From assembly GCA_947628535.1 (NCBI GenBank), contig CANRAF010000003.1, positions 22,350 through 86,349 on the forward strand: a DNA stretch of 64,000 bases, in the 5' to 3' direction. Every line of letters begins with the position of its first letter. The stretch's first letter is position 1. This DNA comes from an uncultured Bacilli bacterium. GTDB taxonomy: Bacteria; Bacillota_I; Bacilli_A; RF39; UBA660. This document shows positions 40,401 to 48,388 of the stretch, one piece after another. Position numbers and translations under genes: made by a program. The notes beneath the pieces are model-generated. The model searched no databases and was not told the origin of the DNA. It was given only the letters and a program-made list of their open reading frames with translations.

Positions 40401-41787
40401 AGTTTTATTTGGAGAAGACCATGTATTTAGGGCTGGTACAATTGGTACAGTTGCTGATAAAACAGCTTTTGGTTTTGTAAAAGGTTATTATGAAGATAGA
40501 GGGATTGAAGGAGTTAGACCTTTAGAAATAGAACGTTTAGCAATTGGAGTTACAGGCGTTAAAAGAACAACTGGACAGCATCCTGGGGGAATAGTAGTAG
40601 TTCCTGATTATAAAGAAATTTTTGATTTTACCCCTTATCAGTATCCGGCAGATGATGCTTCTGCTGAATGGGCAACTACACATTTTAATTATCATGATAT
40701 TGAAGATTGTCTTTTAAAACTTGATATACTTGGGCACGATAATCCAACAATATTTAAAATGCTTTATGATCTTACTGGAATAGACCCTCAAACAGTACCA
40801 ATGGATGATAAAGAAGTTATGAGTCTTTTTACCTCTACAAAAGCTCTTGGAGTAACTCCAGAACAGATAGATTGTGAAGTAGGATGTGTTGGGCTTCCAG
40901 AGTTTACTCGCTTTGTTATAGGGATAGTTTTAGAGACCAAACCTAAAACTTTTGCTGAACTTGTTAAAATTTCTGGACTTTCTCATGGTACTGATGTTTG
41001 GAATGGTAATGCTCAGGAACTTGTTAGAAATAATATTTGTCCATTTAAAGAAACAATTGGTTGTCGTGATGATATTATGGTTTATTTAAGTAATCATGGA
41101 ATAAAACCAATTGATGCGTTTAAAATAATGGAACTTGTCCGTAAAGGAAAACAAAAGAAAATGAAAGATAAGTGGGATGAGTATAAAAAACTTTTAAGGG
41201 ATGCTAAAATTCCTGAATGGTATATAGAATCATGTGATAAGATTAAATACATGTTCCCTAAGGCTCATGCTACAGCTTATATTTCTGCTGCTTGGAGAAT
41301 TGCTTGGTATAAAATAAATAGACCAATTGAATATTATGCTACGTTTTTCTCTATAAAAAGTTTTGCTTTTGATCTTGAAGCTATGGAACTTGGATATGAT
41401 AAAATTAAAGAGAGACTTAATGAACTTAAACTTAAAAAATTTGGACTTACTGTAAAAGAACAAGATTTGATATCAACTTTAGAAGTTGCTCTTGAAATGA
41501 CTGCACGTGGGTTTAAATTTGGTAGTGTAGATTTAGAAAAAAGTCACTCTAAAAACTTTATTATAGAAGGTGATACTTTAATTCCACCTTTTAGAGCAAT
41601 TGATGGGCTTGGAGATGCAGTTGCAAATAATATAATAGTAGAAAGAGATAAGAAAAATTTTATAAGTATTGAAGAATTTCAAAAACGATGCAAAGTGTCT
41701 CTTTCTTTAACTGAAAAAATGAAACTTATGGGAATTTTAAGAAATTTACCAGAATCTAGTCAGCTTTCATTATTTGATTATGTGTAA
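37432..41787 (+). CDS. polC: DNA polymerase III PolC-type alpha subunit
   Basis: RVELHTHT PHP domain, DFETTG exonuclease, GSRGSVGSS, PDIDLNF, YMFPKAHA. Confidence 0.99.
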   Translation: MEARIEKLLKKINYPDEYFSCFNNALLEKIIVIEDKNTWNIYIKNDTNFKYEAISTFLKCLEDFTLNKYTYNIVVKTEKEDLELFPEYFKQILILINNNSLFLDMFSDRLIRENNDFYIEIYNKAEELTLNKKLDCIKTRFKNFGFKTMPSIRYNMGKGSFIKEEIKDLKKIDESKFEAIKSSKEKVSPKKDNKKGFTKGYERSNSKGFLGEVTGKITPLSDISYEIDNICIEAKIFGVVPSTKKDFYSLTLKVTDYTTSMYVRLFGRSEEEYEEMLSKFKEGMWIRVSGYVRNNSFYNDFVISARKTQIIEKEENIEMDEEEEKRVELHTHTTMSQMDGVVSVSDLINRAIKWGHKAIAITDHNAIQTFPVASKFKKDIKVLFGVELAMIDDDLDLVLREDESNLLDNTYVVFDFETTGFNAGGGDSIIEVGAVKIKNGEIIDTFDRLINPGKPLEEHIVKLTHITDDMLKDCPSEEEVIKEFIDWYGDLPMVAHNAKFDSSFLEMAYQKYNLGEYDNMLIDTLQLSRALDTEFSRHSLSALVKRYDIEFDEEGHHRADYDALATAKIFHKMLLKLKSRKIEKASEISLLVSKNDIHKFGELYHINILVKNKTGLKNLFKLVSYANTKYLYKTPRIIRSEVEKHREGLLIGSCCSNGEIFKQARSKSEEELSDLMNFYDFIEVQPPEVYSYLVDLSDFKNMDEVKDNISKIIKVADDKRKIVVATGDVHHLTRDDKIYREIIVNQKVPGGGMHPLNRKDIKNIPSMHFRTTKEMISDFSYLGDETAKKIVVTNTNKIADLIEEFEIIPDTKGIPFSPKFKDSDKTIRKICYDKATSIYGEKLPKIVEERLESELTGIINGGFDSIYLISQKLVEKSNKDGYVVGSRGSVGSSFVATMLGISEVNPLPAHYVCPKCKKSIFEYEDGTLFGKDYPSGYDLPDRKCECGEMMRKDGQDMPFATFLGFNADKVPDIDLNFSGDYQARAHDYTKVLFGEDHVFRAGTIGTVADKTAFGFVKGYYEDRGIEGVRPLEIERLAIGVTGVKRTTGQHPGGIVVVPDYKEIFDFTPYQYPADDASAEWATTHFNYHDIEDCLLKLDILGHDNPTIFKMLYDLTGIDPQTVPMDDKEVMSLFTSTKALGVTPEQIDCEVGCVGLPEFTRFVIGIVLETKPKTFAELVKISGLSHGTDVWNGNAQELVRNNICPFKETIGCRDDIMVYLSNHGIKPIDAFKIMELVRKGKQKKMKDKWDEYKKLLRDAKIPEWYIESCDKIKYMFPKAHATAYISAAWRIAWYKINRPIEYYATFFSIKSFAFDLEAMELGYDKIKERLNELKLKKFGLTVKEQDLISTLEVALEMTARGFKFGSVDLEKSHSKNFIIEGDTLIPPFRAIDGLGDAVANNIIVERDKKNFISIEEFQKRCKVSLSLTEKMKLMGILRNLPESSQLSLFDYV

Positions 41788-41833
41788 AGTTATAATAGAT
41801 GAAAAAATAAAGTGAAATATTAAGTAAAAATAT

Positions 41834-41862
41834 TTTACTTTTTTTATATTTTATGGTAAATT
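41834..41862 (+). promoter_or_regulatory. sigma-A-like promoter of pair 1 (TTTACT-N17-TAAATT, extended -10) overlapping a terminator hairpin
   Basis: Repeated almost identically at 44838-44866 before pair 3. Confidence 0.55.
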
Positions 41863-41884
41863 TATACTATAGGAGGAATGGAAA

Positions 41885-42553
41885 ATGTCTGATGGTAATA
41901 AAGAGAAAAAAAGTGGAAAACTTACCTTTATAATTTTAGGAATAGTTATTTTGATTTTAGCTATGGGAGGTGTTGCACTTGCAACATATACTTGGAATTA
42001 TACAAGTAAGAATCCTAACAATATTAGTACAGGTAGTATTTCACTGAGTTTACTTGAATCGACAGATACTATTAGTATTGAAAATGCTCTTCCTATGTCT
42101 GATGATAAAGGTAAAGTTTCAGGAGAAAAATTTGATTTTGCAGTTACAACTGAGGCAAGCGGTAATCCTGGTGATATAAAGTATAAATTATCTATTACTG
42201 AAGTAGATGAATTAGATGAAGGCTATACAAAACTTGATAAAAGTAATGTTAAAATTTATTTAACAGTTCTAGAAGATGATCAAGAAAATGGAACTACAGA
42301 AACAGAAGTTGTTGCGCCTACTAAGGTAGATAGCATTATAACTGAAGAAAATGGTGAAGGAACTTTGACATTTACAAAAGAAGAATATTTAAAACATACT
42401 CATAATGAGGTTAATAAAGAAATAACAACGAAATATAGACTTAGAATGTGGATAGCTGATGATACTGATGCTTCAAACTGGGATGATAGTAATCAAAAAA
42501 ATCAATATAAATTAAAGATTGGTGCATCTGGGACTATAGCACCTATTAGTTAA
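41885..42553 (+). CDS. Secreted TasA/CalY-like protein, family A, copy 1
   Basis: TM + ALA-TYTWNYTS..N.ISTG.I.LSL, FDFAVTT, YRLRMWI, YKLKI. Confidence 0.65.
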   Translation: MSDGNKEKKSGKLTFIILGIVILILAMGGVALATYTWNYTSKNPNNISTGSISLSLLESTDTISIENALPMSDDKGKVSGEKFDFAVTTEASGNPGDIKYKLSITEVDELDEGYTKLDKSNVKIYLTVLEDDQENGTTETEVVAPTKVDSIITEENGEGTLTFTKEEYLKHTHNEVNKEITTKYRLRMWIADDTDASNWDDSNQKNQYKLKIGASGTIAPIS

Positions 42554-42570
42554 ATTAAAGGGGTGGAGAT

Positions 42571-43323
42571 ATGGATAATAAAAAAGTTTTAGCTATTTCA
42601 ATTACTGCAGTTGTCGTTTTAGTGCTAGCATTAGCAGCAACATCATATGCAATGTTTTCAGCCAATCTTACTGGTAGTAAAGAAAATGAACTTACTACAG
42701 GTTATGTAACTTTAAATTGTACAGAAAAAACATTTGAACTTGAAAATACTAGTCCAATGAACGATACAGAGGGTATTGCTCTTGAAAATAATGCAGCTGA
42801 ATGCACTTTAACATCGGAAATGAAGGGTACAATGACAATAGGTTATGATATAGCATTAGATGGTGTTGATACTAAAACGCCAGAAGATGGTATTACTGAA
42901 GACAATGTAAAAATTCAAGTTTCTAAAACAATTACAGAACCAGAACAAGGACAACTTGAATATTTATTAAAAACCAATAATACAGAGGGTATTTATGTTA
43001 GTACAATAAAGGAATCCAAAGGACAATATGACAGATCAATTGATGGTTATAAACTGGATTCTGATACTATAACAGGTAATAAGAAAATTGTTTATAAAAT
43101 TGTAGCCTGGGTTTCAAATGAACAGGCTGAAAATACACGAATTAATGATTCAAATATAGTATTAGATGAAAATGGAAAATGTAGTAATTCATCTTATACG
43201 GATAAAGATACTTGTGAAAATGCAAGTGAAATTTGGGGAGATAGTAAAAAATCTACTCAAGAAGGAGGAACATTTAGTTTTAAACTTAAAATAGGAGCAA
43301 CTCAAGTATTGGAAAATAATTAA
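42571..43323 (+). CDS. Secreted TasA/CalY-like protein, family B, copy 1 (4 Cys)
   Basis: TM + TSYA-MFSA...NELTTGYVTL.C, GYDIALD, YKI.AW, CSN..Y...CE.A.EIWG, FSFKLKIGATQ. Confidence 0.65.
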   Translation: MDNKKVLAISITAVVVLVLALAATSYAMFSANLTGSKENELTTGYVTLNCTEKTFELENTSPMNDTEGIALENNAAECTLTSEMKGTMTIGYDIALDGVDTKTPEDGITEDNVKIQVSKTITEPEQGQLEYLLKTNNTEGIYVSTIKESKGQYDRSIDGYKLDSDTITGNKKIVYKIVAWVSNEQAENTRINDSNIVLDENGKCSNSSYTDKDTCENASEIWGDSKKSTQEGGTFSFKLKIGATQVLENN

Positions 43324-43364
43324 TACATTTTGCTTTTTGTTATTATATATGGGAGGAATCTTAA

Positions 43365-44048
43365 ATGTTTGAAGAAGAACCTAAGGAAAATCATAGAGCG
43401 TCATTTACAATTTTAGGAATATTTGTTCTTTTGTTAACAGTAGTAGGTGTTGCTATAGCGGCATATACTTGGACTTATACAAGTAATAATGCAAATAGTA
43501 TTAGTACAGGTAATATTTCAATGAGTTTACTTGAATCAACAGATACTATTAGTATTGAAAATGCTTTACCTATGTCAGATGATAAGGGAAAACAGTTAAA
43601 AAATAATGGAACTTTTGATTTTGCTGTTACAACTGAAGCAAGTGGACAACCTGGTGATATAAATTATAAATTATCTATTACTGAAGATAATGCTGACTCA
43701 GATTATACTTTGCTTAATAAAGAGCAAGTTAAGGTTTATTTAACTGTGTTAACAAATAATGAAGATGCCGAAAATGAAGTTTTGGAAACACAAGTTGTAA
43801 AACCTACTAAAGTTAGTGATATTATTACTGAAAATAGCGATAATGAAACAGGGGTTTTAACCTTTGATGAAGGGCAAACACAACATCTTACTCATCACCA
43901 TAATAAAATAGGTGAAACTATAACAACAAAATATAGACTTAGAATGTGGATATCTGATGATGTCGATGCTTCAAATTGGAATGAAAGCACTAAATATCAA
44001 TATAAATTAAAAATAAATGCTTCAGGAAGTATAGATCCTATACAATAA
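43365..44048 (+). CDS. Secreted TasA/CalY-like protein, family A, copy 2
   Basis: Paralog of 41885..42553. Confidence 0.65.
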   Translation: MFEEEPKENHRASFTILGIFVLLLTVVGVAIAAYTWTYTSNNANSISTGNISMSLLESTDTISIENALPMSDDKGKQLKNNGTFDFAVTTEASGQPGDINYKLSITEDNADSDYTLLNKEQVKVYLTVLTNNEDAENEVLETQVVKPTKVSDIITENSDNETGVLTFDEGQTQHLTHHHNKIGETITTKYRLRMWISDDVDASNWNESTKYQYKLKINASGSIDPIQ

Positions 44049-44068
44049 TCTTTAGTGAGGTGAAAATT

Positions 44069-44824
44069 ATGGATAATAAAAAAGTTTTGACTATATCAAT
44101 AGTTGCCGTTGTAGTTTTAGTTATTGCAATAATTTCAACATCTTATGCAACTTTTTCAGCACAAATTTCAGGGGAAAAAGAAAATAAATTAACAACAGGA
44201 TATGTAACATTAAAATGTGATGAAGAAGTTTTTACACTTAATGATACAAGTCCAATGACAGATGAAGAGGGAATAGCTCTTGAAAGTAATGAGGCGGTAT
44301 GTACTTTATCTTCTGAAATGAAAGGTGAGATGACCGTTGGATATGATATAGCATTAGATGATGTAGATGCTGAAACACCAGATGATGATTTAACAGAAAA
44401 TGATGTAAAAGTTCAAATTTATAAAATAACTAATGAACAAGATCCAGCACAAACAAAATATTTGCAAGGTACTAGTGAAAATACTGGAACGTATATTGCT
44501 AATTTAAAAGAAAAATCTGGAACATACGATACTGAGAGTGTTGAAAATTATCTAATTGATTCTGACAAGATTACTGGTACTACTCAAGTTATATATAAAG
44601 TAAAGGCGTGGGTATCTAATAATAAAAATGGTGTAGAAAATATTCAAACTAATTCTGTTACTAATAGTGATGATGGTGTTTGTAGTAATTCTGAATATAA
44701 TACTCAAGCAGAATGTGAATCTGCAGGAGAAGTTTGGGGGAATAGTCAAAAATCTACTCAGACAGGAGGAACATTTAGTTTTAAACTTAAAATAGGGGCA
44801 ACCCAAATATTAGAAGATGAATAA
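44069..44824 (+). CDS. Secreted TasA/CalY-like protein, family B, copy 2
   Basis: Paralog of 42571..43323; start MDNKKVL. Confidence 0.65.
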   Translation: MDNKKVLTISIVAVVVLVIAIISTSYATFSAQISGEKENKLTTGYVTLKCDEEVFTLNDTSPMTDEEGIALESNEAVCTLSSEMKGEMTVGYDIALDDVDAETPDDDLTENDVKVQIYKITNEQDPAQTKYLQGTSENTGTYIANLKEKSGTYDTESVENYLIDSDKITGTTQVIYKVKAWVSNNKNGVENIQTNSVTNSDDGVCSNSEYNTQAECESAGEVWGNSQKSTQTGGTFSFKLKIGATQILEDE

Positions 44825-44888
44825 AAGTAAAAAGCATTTTACTTTTTTTTATTTATATGATAAATTTATATTATAGGAGGAATAGAAA

Positions 44889-45569
44889 ATGTTTGAGGAA
44901 AAAGAGAAAAATAAAAACCGCGGTTTAACATTTACTATTTTGGGAATATTTGTTTTATTATTAACTAGTGCAGGTATTGCTATTGCAGTATATACTTGGA
45001 ATTACACAAGTGATGAGAATAGAATAAGTACAGGTGACATTTCAATGAGTTTACTTGAATCAACAGATGTTATTAGTATTGAAAATGCTTTGCCTATGTC
45101 AGATACAAAGGGGAAACAATTAGGAAAAAATGAATCTTTTGATTTTGCAGTTACTACGTATGCAAGTGGAAAACCTGGAGATATAAATTATAGTATATCA
45201 ATTACAGAAGATGCAGTTGATGAAGGGTATACTAAACTTGGAAGTGAAAATGTTAAAGTATATTTAACAGTTTTGCCTGAAAAGAGAAATGATGCGTATC
45301 AACAAGAAATAGAAGTTGTTGCACCTACTAAAGTAAGTGAAATTATAAAAGAAAATAATACTGGTAATTTTACTTTTAAAGATGAACAATATTCTAAACA
45401 TTCGCATACTTCTTCTGGTTCCACTATAACAACAAAATATAGACTTAGAATGTGGGTAGATAGCGAAGTAGATGCAAGCGATTGGAAAAAAGATTCTGAT
45501 TCTAAATATCAATATAAATTAAAAATAGGGACTGCTGGCAGTATTAAACCTATTGGAGTAGTTGAGTGA
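44889..45569 (+). CDS. Secreted TasA/CalY-like protein, family A, copy 3
   Basis: Paralog of 41885..42553. Confidence 0.65.
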   Translation: MFEEKEKNKNRGLTFTILGIFVLLLTSAGIAIAVYTWNYTSDENRISTGDISMSLLESTDVISIENALPMSDTKGKQLGKNESFDFAVTTYASGKPGDINYSISITEDAVDEGYTKLGSENVKVYLTVLPEKRNDAYQQEIEVVAPTKVSEIIKENNTGNFTFKDEQYSKHSHTSSGSTITTKYRLRMWVDSEVDASDWKKDSDSKYQYKLKIGTAGSIKPIGVVE

Positions 45570-45582
45570 GGAAGGTATAATT

Positions 45583-46344
45583 ATGAGTAATAAAAAAATA
45601 ATGGTATTATCAGTAGTTTCAGTCATAGTTTTAGTAATAGCGATAGTTGCAACATCATATGCAATGTTTACAGCAAATCTTAGTGGTACTAAAGCAAATG
45701 AATTAACAACAGGATATGTAACTTTAAATTGTGAAGAAACAACATTTAAACTTGAAGATACAAGCCCAATGACAGATGCAGATGGTATAAAAATGGAAAA
45801 TAATGAGGCAATATGTAAGCTTACATCAACAATGAAGGGTACAATGACAATTGGATATGATATAGCGTTAGATGTGATTGATGAATCCCAAGAAGATGGG
45901 GTTAATGAAGATAATGTAAAAATCCAGGTTACTAAGTCAACTAAGGGAGCTGAGGAGCAACCAAAGTATTTACTAGAAACTGATGCTAATAAAGGAGTAT
46001 ACATTAGTTCAATTCAGGATGAAACTGGGCAATATAATGATGATGAAGATCAGGGTTACAATTTAGATAGTGATACTATAACAGGTGATACAGAAATAAC
46101 TTATAAAATTAAAACCTGGGTTTCAAATTTAAAAACTACAGGAGCAGATGAGGAGGAAGTACCTAATATAAATGAAAGCAGTAGTTCTAGCACTTGTAGT
46201 AATCCTCAGCTTAAAACAAAAGAGGAGTGTCAATCTGCTGGTGAGATTTGGGGAGATGAACAAACATCTACTCAAAAAGGAGGAACATTTAGTTTTAAAC
46301 TTAAAATAACTGCAACTCAAGTATTAAGCGATAGTGGTGAATAA
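45583..46344 (+). CDS. Secreted TasA/CalY-like protein, family B, copy 3
   Basis: Paralog of 42571..43323; start MSNKKIM. Confidence 0.65.
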   Translation: MSNKKIMVLSVVSVIVLVIAIVATSYAMFTANLSGTKANELTTGYVTLNCEETTFKLEDTSPMTDADGIKMENNEAICKLTSTMKGTMTIGYDIALDVIDESQEDGVNEDNVKIQVTKSTKGAEEQPKYLLETDANKGVYISSIQDETGQYNDDEDQGYNLDSDTITGDTEITYKIKTWVSNLKTTGADEEEVPNINESSSSSTCSNPQLKTKEECQSAGEIWGDEQTSTQKGGTFSFKLKITATQVLSDSGE

Positions 46345-46357
46345 AATTTAATTTATT

Positions 46358-46391
46358 AAGAGAAGATTTTTAGTAAAAACTTCTCTTTTTT
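46358..46391 (+). terminator. terminator after the A/B array
   Basis: AAGAGAAG...CTTCTCTT stem plus a T run. Confidence 0.7.
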
Positions 46392-46474
46392 ATATATTAA
46401 TTTAAATTTATTAAATATTATAAATAATTTTATTTTTCGACATATAATTTAATGTAAATAAGAAAGGAGAAAAA

Positions 46475-47134
46475 ATGAAAAAAAGAATTTTATTTATAAT
46501 ATCACTATTTTTAATGATTACTGCTTTTATACCAAATGTTTTTGCAGCAACATATGGAGCTGTTACAGTTTTAACAAATCCAGATGATGTTGAAATAGTA
46601 ACCAATAGGGGAAAGACTACTATTACTTATAAAAACCCTATAGATATTCAAATAGCAGAAGAGGATGAAACACTTGGAAGACCAGGTGGTTCTGGATGGC
46701 TTGGAATGAGAATAAACGCTCCATCAGACAGCAATGAAAATAGTTTAAAAGATGCAACATATTATTCAATTGTAGAAGGTGTTGGAGAATCTAAAGCTAC
46801 TGCAGAAGTTAAAAAATTTTTAGATAAAAGAGATGGAAGTTGGTATATTGATATTTGGAGTGGTATTAGTCTTGATAGAATAAGAGAGGCTGAACAGAAT
46901 AATCTTAATTCAATTACAAGAGATTGGTATTTTGACTGGGATGGAAATGGAGTTTACGAACAAGAAGTTACAGTAGTTATGCCACTTATAAATATAAATT
47001 TAACTGATGAAAATGGAAATGTTTTATATACTCCTGAAAGTATGAGCGAAAAAGTCAAAACTGAAAAATTGGATAATATACCGAAAACAGGATTTATTTA
47101 TGCAATAGTAAATTATTTAAGTTATTTATTTTAA
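46475..47134 (+). CDS. Secreted protein with IPKTG motif and short tail
   Basis: Sec signal peptide ending PNVFA; C-terminus KLDNIPKTG-FIYAIVNYLSYLF. Confidence 0.75.
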   Translation: MKKRILFIISLFLMITAFIPNVFAATYGAVTVLTNPDDVEIVTNRGKTTITYKNPIDIQIAEEDETLGRPGGSGWLGMRINAPSDSNENSLKDATYYSIVEGVGESKATAEVKKFLDKRDGSWYIDIWSGISLDRIREAEQNNLNSITRDWYFDWDGNGVYEQEVTVVMPLININLTDENGNVLYTPESMSEKVKTEKLDNIPKTGFIYAIVNYLSYLF

Positions 47135-47214
47135 TGAGAAAGACTTTTAGATTTTGTTATTAAAATCTTTAATAGTCTTTTTTATGTCAAAAAAGTATAA
47201 AAATATAAAACAAC

Positions 47215-47244
47215 TTGACAATGCCCGGGGGGGGGTGATATTAT
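47215..47244 (+). promoter_or_regulatory. promoter with G9 tract in the spacer (TTGACA-N18-TATTAT, extended -10)
   Basis: TTGACA ATGCCC G9 TGA TATTAT. Confidence 0.8.
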
Positions 47245-47270
47245 ATATGTATAAATATGAAAGGAGAGAT

Positions 47271-48257
47271 ATGATGAAAAAGAAAATATTGTTTATGGCA
47301 TTTGCATTTGTAGTAAGCATGTTCATTGTTCCAAATGTTTTTGCAGCTAGTGTATCTGATATTAAATCATGGGGAGAAACAGGAACACATATTAAAGTTG
47401 AAGGAAGTGATAATAATTATACACTTACTTTAACAGGTGAACCAAAACAAGATCTTATTATTTCACAAGGAGAAACAGTTACCATTGATTTAGCAGGGCA
47501 TACATTAACTAATTATACTAACAATAATTCTGTTATTACAATTAATTCAGGTGCTACAGTTACTATTATTGATAGTAGTAATGACGGAAAAATTAGTCTA
47601 AAAAGTGATGATAATGGCACTGCTCCAGTTATAAATAATGCTGGTACTTTAACTCTAGAAAATGGAACTATTGATTCTACTAAGGCTGGAAGTACAGGAA
47701 TTTATAACAGTGGAACATTAACAGTTGCTGGTGGAGAAGTTAAAACAAGTGTAAATGGCGCATGGGGTCTTACTAATGTAGGAACTGCGACTATTACAGA
47801 TGGAACATTTACTCAAGGAAATGACTTTTCAGTAGTACTTAATGCAGGTACAATGACAGTTGAAGGTGGAAATTTTGTTGCTGCAGATGGTGGTTCACAT
47901 AATTCATTAATTACAAATAAAAACGATGATGGAACTGCTAGTATGACAATTAATGGAGGAACATTTGATAGTACAGGAATTTTCTATAATGAAGATGGAG
48001 ATAGCATAGTAATAACAAGTGGAAATTTCGCAAGTGATGTTTCTGAGTACTTAGCTGATGGTCTAGTAATGGAACAAGATGAAGATGGTAATTTTATAGT
48101 AGTAGATGCTCCAGAAATACCTGACGATAATACAAATAGTGAAGAAAATAATTCTACTACTGTTGTAAACAAAGTTATAGATAAAACAAAACTTGATGAT
48201 GTACCAAAAACAGGAAGTATTTATTCAGTATTAAATTTCATGAATTATTTAAGATAA
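47271..48257 (+). CDS. Secreted beta-helix-like surface protein with VPKTG motif and short tail
   Basis: Signal peptide ending PNVFA; N.GTLT..GG.F repeats; KLDDVPKTG-SIYSVLNFMNYLR; AAGGAG RBS. Confidence 0.75.
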   Translation: MMKKKILFMAFAFVVSMFIVPNVFAASVSDIKSWGETGTHIKVEGSDNNYTLTLTGEPKQDLIISQGETVTIDLAGHTLTNYTNNNSVITINSGATVTIIDSSNDGKISLKSDDNGTAPVINNAGTLTLENGTIDSTKAGSTGIYNSGTLTVAGGEVKTSVNGAWGLTNVGTATITDGTFTQGNDFSVVLNAGTMTVEGGNFVAADGGSHNSLITNKNDDGTASMTINGGTFDSTGIFYNEDGDSIVITSGNFASDVSEYLADGLVMEQDEDGNFIVVDAPEIPDDNTNSEENNSTTVVNKVIDKTKLDDVPKTGSIYSVLNFMNYLR

Positions 48258-48262
48258 TAAAT

Positions 48263-48300
48263 AAGACTATTGAATATAATGTTTCAATAGTCTTTTTTTT
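48263..48300 (+). terminator. intrinsic terminator
   Basis: AAGACTATTGAA/TTCAATAGTCTT stem plus a T run. Confidence 0.8.
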
Positions 48301-48336
48301 GTGTGTAAATATAAAATATGACAAAAATAAAATAAC

Positions 48337-48367
48337 TTGACAATACCCGGGGGGGGGGTGATAATAT
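48337..48367 (+). promoter_or_regulatory. promoter with G10 tract in the spacer (TTGACA-N19-TAATAT, extended -10)
   Basis: TTGACA ATACCC G10 TGA TAATAT. Confidence 0.75.
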
Positions 48368-48388
48368 ATTTATAGAAAGGAGATAATT

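Larger units (their letters stand above)
41822..46344 (+). repeat. three tandem ~1.5 kb A+B gene-pair units
   Basis: Paralogous proteins; identical DNA blocks in all three copies; repeated promoter/RBS region. Confidence 0.9.

Noticed and set aside
44889-44960. KNRG-LTF in A3 as a type IV prepilin cleavage site for the nearby PilD
   Set aside because: There is no Glu at +5 and the Gly position is not conserved in A1/A2; the post-helix motif fits a SipW/signal peptidase I class better.
41885-46344. A/B array as CRISPR, DGR or invertible shufflon
   Set aside because: The repeats are coding paralogs in direct orientation; there is no repeat-spacer structure, reverse transcriptase, recombinase or flanking inverted repeat in the window.
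47154-47270. N-terminal extension of ORF 47154..48257 running through the G9 tract (would suggest a frameshift switch)
   Set aside because: The RBS (AAGGAG) and signal peptide start at 47271, so the tract is in the promoter rather than the CDS.
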